The notes: generated by a model from the letters alone, not told the origin. DNA of 64,000 nucleotides from Gracilimonas sp. (GCF_014762685.1 NZ_JABURM010000006.1:296384-360383); one strand, 5' to 3'. Counted from the first letter of the stretch, positions 19,082 to 28,502 are shown. Numbers and translations are program-made.

Positions 19082-20332
19082 ATGAACATTAATGTTTCTT
19101 CTGAAATTGGACACCTGCAAGGGGTGATTGTACACACTCCCGGACATGAGGTTTCCCTGGTAAACCCTGAGCTTAAAGACGAGCTGCTGTTTGACGATAT
19201 TATTTTTGAGGAGGACGCCCGGGTTGAACATCTTGATATGCTGGATGTATTTAAGGCAGCCATGCCCTCCGATGGCAAGGTAATTGAGATTGTTGACTTA
19301 TTTATTGAAGTATTCCAGCAGGAAGATGCACGGGCTTATTTCATAGAGCAGCTGATCAAGGAGTTTCCTGAAGAGAACCTTCACGTTATCAAAAAGGAAT
19401 TACACAAGCTCGATACCCACGACTTGCTGACCTTTATCATCCAGGGATACATAAAAAACTCCAAAGGTTTTACCCTGAACCCCTCTCCTAATTTATTATT
19501 TACCCGCGATCTTGCTGCTGTTGTTGGTAGCAGTATTCTTGTTTCCCGCGCAGCCAAGAAAGCCCGGCTTCGGGAGTCTTTACTGATGGAAACCCTGGTT
19601 CATTTCCACCCATTGTTCGAAAGTGTTCGTGAAAATGCTATTCGTATTTCCGGACATCAATCGATAGAAGGCGGGGATGTTTTGGTTGTTTCTGAGAAAC
19701 TGGTTTTAATTGGGATGAGTGAGCGCACTTCCTTCAGCGGATTAATGAAAGGAACCGAAGGATTATTAAACCGGGGAGTTGAAACCGTACTGGCCGTAGA
19801 TATTCCCAAGCAGCGTTCATCCATGCACCTGGATACCATTTTCACTTTCTCTGATAATTCAGAATGCATCGTTTTTCCTCCAGCTATCCTGGAGCAGCAA
19901 GACAATGTAGTAGCTCTGTTTAAAGATGGTGAATCCATTAAAACAGAAACCCGTGTTTCTTTAAAAGCTGCACTCGAAGAAAGTACCGGCCGGGAGTTTA
20001 ACTTTATAAAATGTGGAGGAGAAGACCGCACTAATCAATTTCGTGAACAATGGACTGACGGGGCCAACGTTTTTGCCCTCGCGCCGGGAATAATCATAGG
20101 TTACGAACGTAACACTAACACTTTTAACACACTGGTAGATCACGGTTACAACCTCATGACCCAGTTTGAATTTGTAGAAGAATACAAGAATAAAGATTTT
20201 AATCCCGCTGACGGCCAAAAAATTGCCATTAGTTTTCAGGGGCATGAATTGTGTAGAGGGCGAGGTGGAGCCCGATGTATGACAATGCCAATATCAAGAA
20301 AGCCATTAACCACAAAAAATAGAGACGATTGA
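19082..20332 (+). CDS. arcA: arginine deiminase (amidinotransferase superfamily)
   Basis: N-terminal SEIGHL..V.VH.PG.E and a C-terminal catalytic Cys context (GRGGARCMTMPISR) typical of arginine deiminases. The ATG at 19082 is preferred over TTG 19055. Confidence 0.75.
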   Translation: MNINVSSEIGHLQGVIVHTPGHEVSLVNPELKDELLFDDIIFEEDARVEHLDMLDVFKAAMPSDGKVIEIVDLFIEVFQQEDARAYFIEQLIKEFPEENLHVIKKELHKLDTHDLLTFIIQGYIKNSKGFTLNPSPNLLFTRDLAAVVGSSILVSRAAKKARLRESLLMETLVHFHPLFESVRENAIRISGHQSIEGGDVLVVSEKLVLIGMSERTSFSGLMKGTEGLLNRGVETVLAVDIPKQRSSMHLDTIFTFSDNSECIVFPPAILEQQDNVVALFKDGESIKTETRVSLKAALEESTGREFNFIKCGGEDRTNQFREQWTDGANVFALAPGIIIGYERNTNTFNTLVDHGYNLMTQFEFVEEYKNKDFNPADGQKIAISFQGHELCRGRGGARCMTMPISRKPLTTKNRDD

Positions 20333-21543
20333 GCCAAAACACATTTCAAGAGGAAGTTACAACAGACTTTGAGGTGCTCTCATCCAACGAAGACCCAAAA
20401 AACAAACCGGGCTCCCGCACCATTCTAAAACACCTGGGCTTATTTCTGCTTACGTTGTTTTTTGTGACCATGACCGGTGCTAATTTTGTAGGTTTTGACC
20501 CCGTATTATTTCCTTTTGCCATTCCCAATACTGTGGATATGCTGCGTGGACTTCTATTTGCAGGATTATTGCTGGGTTTTTTAACCGTTCATGAGTTTGG
20601 TCATTACTTTGCTGCTGTATATCACAATATCAAAGTTTCTTTACCCTACTATATCCCCATTCCGATAGGCATCGGTACATTGGGGGCCGTGATCCGAATT
20701 AAAGAACGTATTACCCGCATGCACAAATTATTTGATGTGGGTGCCGCCGGTCCTGTTGCCGGATTTATAGTTGCACTGGCAGCCCTTTTGATTGGGTTTG
20801 CCACACTTCCCGAACCCGAATATGTTCACCAATTTGCAGGACACGAGGAATTAAAAGAGTATGTTACACAAAACAATGCTTATCCTGATTTTATTACCGA
20901 CGAAACTGAACAGGGCGTGCTTACGGTAGGGAATACACTGCTCTATACCGTATTAGCCTCTATGTTTGATAACGTCCCTCCAATGTGGGAAATGTATCAC
21001 TTTCCTTTTCTGTTTGCCGGATGGCTTGGGTTATTCTTCACTGCCCTTAATTTGATGCCTGTAGGCCAGTTGGACGGCGGACATATTCTTTATTCCCTGA
21101 TCGGTTATCGGAAGCATAAAATTGTAGCCCGCGTTTTCTTTGCTTGTATTACAGCCCTGGCAGGAATTGAGATGATCCCTTTTTTGCGGGATTTCATTGC
21201 TGAGTATACGGCCCTTCCTTTCGCAGAATGGTTTGTTTGGGGCTTTATTTTATACCTCCTTATGACCAAGGCTTTTCGCACAGATCAACTTTGGATCAAT
21301 GCTATGATAATTACTTCTCTCGCTCTTACTGCCGGCCACAATTTTGTTTTTGGAGCCGTTGATCCGGGGCAAGCATCCTTTATTTGGCTGATATGGAGCT
21401 TTTTTATTGCTTTTATAGTAAAAGTAGAACATCCTCCCGTAGATTTTGAAGAAGAATTATCTCCCGGTCGGCGCGTGATAGGGTGGCTGAGTATGCTTAT
21501 CTTTCTTCTCTGTATCAGTCCCAACCCAATTTATATGAATTAA
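20329..21543 (+). CDS. M50-family (site-2 protease-like) membrane metalloprotease
   Basis: HEFGHY (HExxH) lies in a TM segment, with a downstream NLMPVGQLDGGH motif and multiple TM helices. Its start overlaps the arcA stop (ATTGA). Confidence 0.8.
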   Translation: MSQNTFQEEVTTDFEVLSSNEDPKNKPGSRTILKHLGLFLLTLFFVTMTGANFVGFDPVLFPFAIPNTVDMLRGLLFAGLLLGFLTVHEFGHYFAAVYHNIKVSLPYYIPIPIGIGTLGAVIRIKERITRMHKLFDVGAAGPVAGFIVALAALLIGFATLPEPEYVHQFAGHEELKEYVTQNNAYPDFITDETEQGVLTVGNTLLYTVLASMFDNVPPMWEMYHFPFLFAGWLGLFFTALNLMPVGQLDGGHILYSLIGYRKHKIVARVFFACITALAGIEMIPFLRDFIAEYTALPFAEWFVWGFILYLLMTKAFRTDQLWINAMIITSLALTAGHNFVFGAVDPGQASFIWLIWSFFIAFIVKVEHPPVDFEEELSPGRRVIGWLSMLIFLLCISPNPIYMN

Positions 21544-21959
21544 TGAACACTATGAGAATATTACTTTTTAGTATTTTAGCATTCGGCTTGATTGCCGGCT
21601 GCTCCGAATCAACACAATCACTCGATCAGCAAGTGGAAAACCTGATTGCTGAGGATAAATTTGATGAGGCTTTGGCGTTAGTTGAAGACCAGGCAAAATC
21701 GGAAGAAGTAACGGCTCTTAAAGAGAATGTACACCTGCAATACGGCATTCATTTAATTTACAGCGCCGAACCTACTGATATGCGTGAAAACGCCAACAGT
21801 GCCCTCCGCCAGTTTATTGCTGTACTCGAAATCAACCCGAATAATGAAAAAGCGATTGCTGAAACAGAACAGATTTTGAGTATCTATCGTACCTTTCCCG
21901 ACCGCCAGCCGGCCGAAGATGTGTTAAAGAAATTAGAAGAAATGGGATTTGAGATTTAG
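21543..21959 (+). CDS. small TPR-like lipoprotein
   Basis: The internal ATG at 21543 (TAATG overlap with the M50 stop) gives a signal peptide plus lipobox (LIAGC). The body is helical and TPR-like. Confidence 0.6.
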   Translation: MNTMRILLFSILAFGLIAGCSESTQSLDQQVENLIAEDKFDEALALVEDQAKSEEVTALKENVHLQYGIHLIYSAEPTDMRENANSALRQFIAVLEINPNNEKAIAETEQILSIYRTFPDRQPAEDVLKKLEEMGFEI

Positions 21960-21967
21960 AATTTTAT

Positions 21968-21997
21968 CGTAGGGGCGTATCGCGATACGCCCCTACG
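21968..21997 (+). terminator. 30-nt perfect GC-rich palindrome (hairpin/terminator)
   Basis: CGTAGGGGCGTATCG|CGATACGCCCCTACG lies between the lipoprotein gene and smpB. The downstream sequence AATTTAAATTTT is only a weak U-tract. Confidence 0.55.
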
Positions 21998-22041
21998 AAT
22001 TTAAATTTTAAAAAACAGCAATATCACAAATTCATGCTCAA

Positions 22042-22518
22042 ATGAGCGAAAACAAAAACAATACCCCAACCATTAACAATCGAAAGGCGCGCCACGATTT
22101 TAACATCGAGGAGACCTTTGAAGCCGGACTGGTTCTGAAAGGAACCGAGGTAAAATCCCTGCGTCAAGGGAAAGCCAGTTTTACGGATTCTTTTGCGTAC
22201 TTGCAAAATGGCGAAGTATGGTTGAGGGAGTTGTATATCAAGCCTTATGAGCATGGATCCTATTATAATCACGATCCAATCCGACCAAGAAAATTACTTC
22301 TTAATAAAAAAGAAATCCGTGCCCTTGATAAAGCAACTCAGCAACAGGGCTATACCATCGTTCCTTTAAAACTGTACTTTAAAAAAGGCAACGCGAAAGT
22401 TTTGATTGGTTTGGCTAAGGGGAAAAAGCAATACGACAAGAGAGATTCCATCAAAGAAAAAGATGTGAAGCGACAAATCGAGCGAAATGTGAAGGGAAAT
22501 TACAAGATTAATATGTAG
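22042..22518 (+). CDS. smpB: SsrA-binding protein SmpB
   Basis: Canonical SmpB motifs (NRKARHDF.I.E..EAG..L.GTEVKSLR; R.RKLLL.K.EI). Confidence 0.95.
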   Translation: MSENKNNTPTINNRKARHDFNIEETFEAGLVLKGTEVKSLRQGKASFTDSFAYLQNGEVWLRELYIKPYEHGSYYNHDPIRPRKLLLNKKEIRALDKATQQQGYTIVPLKLYFKKGNAKVLIGLAKGKKQYDKRDSIKEKDVKRQIERNVKGNYKINM

Positions 22519-22563
22519 AATAAATCTTTGCTCAAAGTTCTTTTGCTTTCCTTATAATAAGCC

Positions 22564-23838
22564 ATGGATCCGCAGTTAGAACTCATATGGAAATTAGGCA
22601 CGTCCCTGGCAATCGGTTTACTCATTGGGATTGAGCGGGGCTGGCATGGCCGAACCGAAGATGAGGGAGACCGGGTTGCAGGAATTCGCACTTTTAGCCT
22701 TTCCGGCTTGTTGGGGGGTATTTGGGCCATACTGATTCCTTACACCGGCGAATGGATTTTAGGGTTGGTTTTTATCGCTTTTACAGGTTTGATTATCGCC
22801 TCCTATGTCTTTGAACAAAAAGTGCCCGAGGAACAGGATATTGGCATTACCACCGAAGTAGGTTTGTTGCTCACCTTTACGCTTGGATCTTGGGCTGCTT
22901 TAGGATACCAGATTGAAGCCCTGGCCACCGCCGTTGTCGTTACCACCCTTTTAAGTATTAAGCCGGTATTGCATAGTTGGCTCCAAAAAATTGATGTGGA
23001 GGTAATTTATGCAGGTATCAAGCTGCTGATTATTTCCGTTATTCTGCTCCCGTTATTGCCCAACCAGGGTTATGGCCCATGGAATTCACTGAATCCTTAT
23101 TGGATTTGGTGGATGGTGGTACTCATCTCCGGGCTCTCCTTTCTGGGATTTATATTGGTGAAATATGCAGGCGAGGATAAGGGTACACTATTAACCTCGA
23201 TTATTGGCGGACTGGCTTCATCCACAGCTGTTACTTTAAGCCTCGCGCAGTTTGCCAAACAACATCACAAAGGGAAGCCTCATATTTATGTGGCAGGGGT
23301 ATTGATTGCATCTTCAATAATGCTTATTCGGGTTTTTATAGAAGTTTCTGTGGTAAATCCTGCGCTTTTGACCCCGCTTTGGATTCCCCTGGCCGTGATG
23401 CTGGTTCTGACTATTGGATGTGTACTTTGGCTATGGATTAAATCTGAGGATGAGTCCTCCAAAACAAATCCCACGCTGGATTTAGGTAATCCTCTGCAAC
23501 TGCCTACGGCTCTTAAATTCGGGGCGTTGCTGGCGATAATCCTGGTTCTGGCAACTGCACTTCAGGAATGGTTTGGAGACCAGGGCGTTTACCTGCTCTC
23601 ACTGCTTTCCGGCTTGATGGATGTGGATGCTATCACCCTTTCTCTTTCCAGGATGGCTCAGACGGAAATAACAGCCGCGGTAGCTACCCTTGGCATTGTG
23701 ATAGCTGTTATATCCAACACCTTAGTTAAAGCCGGCCTCTTTATTTTCTGGGTGGGATGGAAGAGAAGCCTTGAACTCCTCTGGATGATTTTGATTATCT
23801 CGACCGGCGGGGTGTTGAGTGTTTGGTTGTTTGTTTAA
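22564..23838 (+). CDS. MgtC/SapB-family membrane protein with a DUF4010-like C-terminal half
   Basis: 424 aa and polytopic. The N-terminus (GLLIGIERGWHGR....AGIRTF.L) is typical of the MgtC family. Confidence 0.7.
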   Translation: MDPQLELIWKLGTSLAIGLLIGIERGWHGRTEDEGDRVAGIRTFSLSGLLGGIWAILIPYTGEWILGLVFIAFTGLIIASYVFEQKVPEEQDIGITTEVGLLLTFTLGSWAALGYQIEALATAVVVTTLLSIKPVLHSWLQKIDVEVIYAGIKLLIISVILLPLLPNQGYGPWNSLNPYWIWWMVVLISGLSFLGFILVKYAGEDKGTLLTSIIGGLASSTAVTLSLAQFAKQHHKGKPHIYVAGVLIASSIMLIRVFIEVSVVNPALLTPLWIPLAVMLVLTIGCVLWLWIKSEDESSKTNPTLDLGNPLQLPTALKFGALLAIILVLATALQEWFGDQGVYLLSLLSGLMDVDAITLSLSRMAQTEITAAVATLGIVIAVISNTLVKAGLFIFWVGWKRSLELLWMILIISTGGVLSVWLFV

Positions 23839-24138
23839 GGGAATGTCATTCCAATTTTCAACTAACTAATTGATCCGCATTGCTTTTATGCCTTAAGATA
23901 CTTTAAATCAGACGTTGGGGTCGATGAAACTTGTTTGTATGGTATTAATTTCGCTACTTCTGCCAAATCATAATCCCCGGGCCGTAATATAGAGCTTGAC
24001 AATATTTCAATAATAGAAATTGTCTTATTTGCCCTGTGGTAAAGTCGTAATTCCCCCATGCGATTGGTTTATCCAGCTGATATAATTAAAACGTCCAATT
24101 TCTTTGAAGCAATGATAATCTAAATTGAATGAAATAGT

Positions 24139-24714
24139 ATGGGAAAACTAATTGCCGCAATCAATACCACACTTGACGGAATTTGCGACCATACCGCAGG
24201 AATTCCAGATGAAGAAATACATCAGCATTATACAAAATTATTAAGGCAGGGAGATGCAATCCTATATGGCAGGACCACATATGAACTTATGGAATTTTGG
24301 CGAACCCTGTTGGAAAACCCTTCCGAAGAAAAATCAATGAATGAATTTGCCAAGGCTATAGACCAAATTCCGAAAATAGTTTTCTCCCGTACGCTTAAAA
24401 ATGTGGCTTGGGAAAGTGCAACCATAGCAAAGCGTGAATTAAAAGCAACGGTTTTAGAACTTAAGCAATCCCGCCGTGACGGGGATAAAGACATTTTTGT
24501 CGGCAGTCCGAGCTTAATTATACAGCTGATGAAACTTAATTTGATTGATGAATACCAATTTTGTGTTCATCCTGTTGTTGCAGGAAGCGGTTTGCCATTA
24601 TTTGAAGATATAAACGACAGGACAATTCTTAAACTCATAAAGACTAAAACCTTTAGCGGGGGTGCAGTAACACTTTACTATGAACCGGCAAACGAAAAAA
24701 CCGCGAACTCCTGA
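24139..24714 (+). CDS. dihydrofolate-reductase-like (RibD C-terminal domain) family protein
   Basis: Family-typical pattern (KLIAAINTTLDG...YGRTTYE....W; IFVGSPSLI..L....LIDEY...HPVV.G.G..LF). Confidence 0.8.
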   Translation: MGKLIAAINTTLDGICDHTAGIPDEEIHQHYTKLLRQGDAILYGRTTYELMEFWRTLLENPSEEKSMNEFAKAIDQIPKIVFSRTLKNVAWESATIAKRELKATVLELKQSRRDGDKDIFVGSPSLIIQLMKLNLIDEYQFCVHPVVAGSGLPLFEDINDRTILKLIKTKTFSGGAVTLYYEPANEKTANS

Positions 24715-24775
24715 CATGGTATAATACATTCTCAGGCAAGGCCGTATTACAGCTTTATATAAGAATACAGACTCA

Positions 24776-25192
24776 ATGAACTCCACAACTCCCTATTCAT
24801 TACGCCCCATCGGCAGGGTTCACTCGCAACTGGCCGACAGAAAGGACGCTCCCGATCAAGGATCTGAAGGGGCCCCGGAAGCGTGGATAGAGATCAGGGA
24901 AGAATTTAAACCGGCCATTGACGGAATCATGGCCGGCAGCGAAATCATCCTGCTTACATGGCTTCACCGAAGCGACCGCAACACCTTACAGGTTCATCCC
25001 CGATACAATCCCGGCAATCCCCTGAAGGGAGTCTTCGCTACCCGGGCGCCCGACCGGCCCAATCCCATTGGTTTGCACCGCGTGCAGGTGCTGGAGATTG
25101 CAGAACCGGTGCGTCTGAAAGTAAGTCCCCTGGAAGCACTCGACGGTACCCCTGTGATCGATATAAAACCTGTTCTTTCAGGGGAACATTGA
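24776..25192 (+). CDS. TrmO/TsaA-like (UPF0066) SAM-dependent methyltransferase N-terminal-domain protein
   Basis: Motifs match the TsaA/TrmO fold (PIG.VHS........APDQG; FATRAPDRPNPIG.H.V.V; LDGTPV.DIKP). The gene is visibly more GC-rich than its neighbours. Confidence 0.75.
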   Translation: MNSTTPYSLRPIGRVHSQLADRKDAPDQGSEGAPEAWIEIREEFKPAIDGIMAGSEIILLTWLHRSDRNTLQVHPRYNPGNPLKGVFATRAPDRPNPIGLHRVQVLEIAEPVRLKVSPLEALDGTPVIDIKPVLSGEH

Positions 25193-25328
25193 TGGCGGTT
25201 TTTTCAACAACAGGGTTAATGAATGAGGTAAATCCTATTTTTTCAATGGATCTTCAGTATTTTAAGAATAACAGTAATAGCGTTTCGGACAGACCAATAT
25301 CCGCCGTCATTTATCGCAACTAAACCCT

Positions 25329-26114
25329 ATGGTAGAAATTCAAAAAATAGAAACGATTTCGGACTTTGAACCAAAGCGAATAAAAAAATACTTATTTCTT
25401 TGGTGTAATAAGGGTTCTGTTGCCATTGAAGTAGACAATAAACCATTAGTCATTGCAAAAAATCAGGTTCTGACTATTACTTCCGGGCAATACCATTGTT
25501 TTAAAAACACTCAAAAGGGAAAAGGCTACTTACTTGATTTCACGCTCGACTATATATGCAAAACAGAAAAGGACATTGAACTTATTTTTCAGAATAGTCT
25601 TTTCTGCCATTTCGATTACAACGAAATCATTACCATCAACAACCCCGGTGTAATTGAGCGACAACTGCAAAAGATTGAGCAGGAGCTGAACCAAAAACCA
25701 TTTCAATACCTGGAATCCATTCATTCACGTATTGAACTGTTGCTGTTTGAGGTAAACCGTTCAAAAATTACAAATGGCGGAGAAGTTTGGAAACCGGAAG
25801 CTCTGTTTTTGCAGTTTTTGGAATTCGTCCGCAACAATTTTGAAAACAACTTTTCTCTGAAAGAAATAGCCCTTCGATTGCAAACTACTGAATTGAAGTT
25901 AAATGAACTTGCCAAACAACACGCCGGTAAAACCGCTCAAAATATTATTTATGGATTAGTGATATCCGAAGCAAAACGTAAATTGCATTACGAGGATAAA
26001 ATCATCAAAGAAATAGCATTTGAATTGGGTTTTAAAGACCCTTATTACTTTTCGAAGTTTTTTAAAAACCACACCGATCTATCCCCTTCCGAGTATCAAA
26101 AAGAGGTAATTTAG
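25329..26114 (+). CDS. AraC-family transcriptional regulator
   Basis: C-terminal double HTH (FSLKEIALRL......L..L......GKTAQN.I......EAKR.L......IKEIAFELGF.DP.YFSKFFK) with an N-terminal cupin-like ligand domain. Confidence 0.85.
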   Translation: MVEIQKIETISDFEPKRIKKYLFLWCNKGSVAIEVDNKPLVIAKNQVLTITSGQYHCFKNTQKGKGYLLDFTLDYICKTEKDIELIFQNSLFCHFDYNEIITINNPGVIERQLQKIEQELNQKPFQYLESIHSRIELLLFEVNRSKITNGGEVWKPEALFLQFLEFVRNNFENNFSLKEIALRLQTTELKLNELAKQHAGKTAQNIIYGLVISEAKRKLHYEDKIIKEIAFELGFKDPYYFSKFFKNHTDLSPSEYQKEVI

Positions 26115-26270
26115 TAAATATTACATCATAAACACGGGATTTTCCATTTTTTAGCTTGCCCCCATTTCCCACCTTTGGTTCATCAAATTTCTTAAAGATG
26201 AAATCAATAATAACGGGATGGTTTGGCAAGTTCAGCTTGTCAAAAGCTCCTGTCTAAAATTCAAAGTAAA

Positions 26271-26879
26271 ATGGAAAATCAAGATATAAAACAACCTGCA
26301 ACGATTGGGGTACTCGTGTTTGAAGGCTTTTTGGCCAACGAAATAGTCGCCCCTTTGGATGTATTCACCAAGGCCAATGATAATGGAAAACCTTTATTCA
26401 AGGTGCTTCTGATTGCGGAAACCACCAATCCTTATGTGAGTGAAGAAGGTTTAAAAGTTGTCCCAGACCTTACTATTGCAAATTGTCCGGATTTGGATGT
26501 TTTGGTAGTACCGGGTGCAATGAACCCGGACAACCAAACACAAAACCGAACGCTCATGGACTTTATCAGGCAACAAAGTCAAAAAACCGAATATACTGCA
26601 AGTCATTGTGCAGGAGCCTTCCTGCTGGGAGAATCCGGTGTAGCCGATGGGAAACAGGTGGTAACTTATTGCGGCGGCGGGGAAACGCTTCAAAAAGAAT
26701 ATCCATCCCTGCTGATTCAAGATGATAGTGTAAATGCGGTGGTATCCGACGGCAACATTATTTCATCCAATGGTAACCTCGTAAGCTATTTGGCATCATT
26801 GGAACTGTTGGGAAAAATGGCCGGGGTCACCCAGAGAAAACAAGTAGAGGACGAATTACTAATCCACAAACTAAATTAA
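26271..26879 (+). CDS. DJ-1/PfpI-family (class I glutamine-amidotransferase-like) protein
   Basis: A nucleophile-elbow Cys context (ASHCAGAFLL) and a GVLVFEGF...EIV.P.DVF N-terminus. The internal ATG at 26271 is preferred over the TTG at 26223. Confidence 0.78.
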   Translation: MENQDIKQPATIGVLVFEGFLANEIVAPLDVFTKANDNGKPLFKVLLIAETTNPYVSEEGLKVVPDLTIANCPDLDVLVVPGAMNPDNQTQNRTLMDFIRQQSQKTEYTASHCAGAFLLGESGVADGKQVVTYCGGGETLQKEYPSLLIQDDSVNAVVSDGNIISSNGNLVSYLASLELLGKMAGVTQRKQVEDELLIHKLN

Positions 26880-26880
26880 A

Positions 26881-27240
26881 ATGAACATTAAAGATTATAT
26901 CACAAAAAGTAATAGCATGAATTGGGAACCCCTGGTTGAAGCCGGGATACATTATGAAGGCATCTCCGTGAAATCCCTGCATTTTGACAAAGCCACAAAC
27001 CGCTCAAAAGCCATTTTATTGAAGTTTGAAAAAGGGGCCTCATATCCTTATCACACTCATCCTGCCGGTGAAGAAATTTTGGTATTGGAAGGAAGCTGTG
27101 AAATCTACCACGAAACATTGTTCCAGGGAGATTATCTGTATACACCCCCGACAGGAAAACACAGTGTCACCACCAAAACCGGATGTGTGTTGTTTTTATC
27201 TGTACCGGAAGAAGTAATCTTAATTCAGGAAAATGAATAA
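26881..27240 (+). CDS. cupin-domain protein
   Basis: Cupin motif 1-like YPYHTHPAGEEILVLEG and motif 2-like G.Y.YTPP...H. It starts 1 nt after the DJ-1 gene. Confidence 0.7.
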   Translation: MNIKDYITKSNSMNWEPLVEAGIHYEGISVKSLHFDKATNRSKAILLKFEKGASYPYHTHPAGEEILVLEGSCEIYHETLFQGDYLYTPPTGKHSVTTKTGCVLFLSVPEEVILIQENE

Positions 27241-28021
27241 GGTACGAATTTGTGCAACCTGCGGTACAAAGTATCCGGCAGATTTCAACGAAGAACAGTG
27301 CCTGATTTGCGAAGATGACAGGCAGTATGTGCCGTTTGGTGGACAAAAATGGACCTCAGACTCTGACCTGGCTCAAAAGCACAGAGTAAAAATCAAGCAG
27401 CTAAAAACTAATGTCTTTGAATTGATTGTTGACCCGGTTTTTGCCATTGGTCAACGTGCTATATTGGTTTTGTCAAAATCAGGTAATATTCTGTGGGATT
27501 GTATTCCTCTGCTTGATGAAAATGTAATTGAGTTTATCCGGGGAAAAGGAGGTATACAAGCCATTGCCATCTCCCATCCACATTATTATAGCAATATGAA
27601 AGATTGGGCAGAAACATTTGACTGCCCCATCCTTTTGCCCAAATCAGAAAAGGATTTTATAGTTAACTCAACGGATAAGATCCAATTTTGGACAGCCGAT
27701 AAAGTAGATTTTTGGGAAGATATTCAATTGATAAGAATTGGGGGGCATTTCCCCGGAAGCAGTATTTTGTGGCTTCCGAAATTAAACGGAAAAGGAATAA
27801 TGTTATGTGGGGATACCTTTAATCTTTCATTGAGTATGAAACATTTTTCGGTCATGTACAGCTACCCAAATAGGATTCCATTACCCATAAAAGACATTGA
27901 GGGAATCAAAAAGAAAATACGAAAAATTGAATTTGACGAAATATATGGCTTTTGGCCTTATCAAAATCTAGTGACCGAAGCCAAGAAAATATTGATCCAA
28001 TCCTTGAAAAGATATAAATGA
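27233..28021 (+). CDS. MBL-fold-like hydrolase with an N-terminal CxxC...CxxC zinc-ribbon knuckle
   Basis: N-terminal CATCGT...CLICED. The central ISHPHYYS looks like a degenerate HxHxDH motif. It overlaps the cupin gene by 8 nt, so this assignment is tentative. Confidence 0.5.
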   Translation: MNKVRICATCGTKYPADFNEEQCLICEDDRQYVPFGGQKWTSDSDLAQKHRVKIKQLKTNVFELIVDPVFAIGQRAILVLSKSGNILWDCIPLLDENVIEFIRGKGGIQAIAISHPHYYSNMKDWAETFDCPILLPKSEKDFIVNSTDKIQFWTADKVDFWEDIQLIRIGGHFPGSSILWLPKLNGKGIMLCGDTFNLSLSMKHFSVMYSYPNRIPLPIKDIEGIKKKIRKIEFDEIYGFWPYQNLVTEAKKILIQSLKRYK

Positions 28022-28093
28022 AAACGCTTGCCAGGAAAGCTGGCCGGAAATCCTTTGTCCTCGTTTCCAACCACCCTGTCCGTCGGAATGCAT

Positions 28094-28130
28094 AAAAAAC
28101 AAAGCCCCACTCTCAGTTAAGAGCAGGGCC
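28094..28130 (-). terminator. terminator-like hairpin plus U-tract 3' of rnpB
   Basis: The minus strand reads GGCCCTGCTCTTAACTGAGAGTGGGGC followed by TTTGTTTTTT. The stem is imperfect. Confidence 0.5.
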
Positions 28131-28146
28131 TTGATATAATTTCAAA

Positions 28147-28502
28147 CAGGAAAGCCTGTAAGCCGGATTTTGTCGAGGGTAATCATTTGTCTGTCGCGTT
28201 CCACCCGATGGCGTGGCGACAAGCGGCGCATACCATCTGCATGAACTTGCACCCCGCGAGGTTTGCCGTGCCTCCTCAGTCGCCCTTGGAGCGGTGAGCT
28301 CTTACCTCACCTTTTCACCATCACCGCCAACGCGGAGCGCTGGAGGCTGTTTGTTTTCTGTTGCACTGTCTGTCATGGCAAGATTCCTCTTACCAAGCCT
28401 CCCCTTCGCCGGCTGAACCGAATCGGGGAGCGCGGTACTTGTTGGTGTCCGGACTTTCCTCCCCATACAATGAATGTACGAAGCGATTACCCGGCTTTCC
28501 TG
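28147..28502 (-). ncRNA. rnpB: RNase P RNA, bacterial type A
   Basis: The minus strand carries universally conserved blocks: GAGGAAAGTCCGGAC (P4 5' strand, complement of 28448-28462), ACAGAAAACAAACAGCC, GGTAAGAGCTCACC, GGCAAACC, AGACAAATGATTACC and ACAAAATCCGGCTTAC (P4 3' strand). P1 is formed by CAGGAAAGCC (5') and GGCTTTCCTG (3'). It lies in a GC-rich non-coding gap whose ORFs look non-proteinaceous. Confidence 0.88.

Noticed and set aside
21483-21542. An upstream extension of the small lipoprotein ORF, overlapping the M50 gene by 60 nt.
   Set aside because: The internal ATG at 21543 yields a proper signal peptide and lipobox, and a TAATG coupling to the M50 stop. The extension has no signal-peptide character.
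22519-22563. A search for a tmRNA (ssrA) gene next to smpB.
   Set aside because: The spacer is only about 45 nt. No tRNA-Ala-like acceptor/T-arm (GGTTCGAATCC...CCA context) occurs anywhere in the window apart from tRNA-Arg.
24958-25323. A 121-aa plus-strand ORF overlapping the TrmO-like gene and reaching the AraC start.
   Set aside because: It is an alternative frame of a GC-rich gene, with an Arg/Pro/Ser-rich product and no start context. The TrmO frame carries the family motifs.
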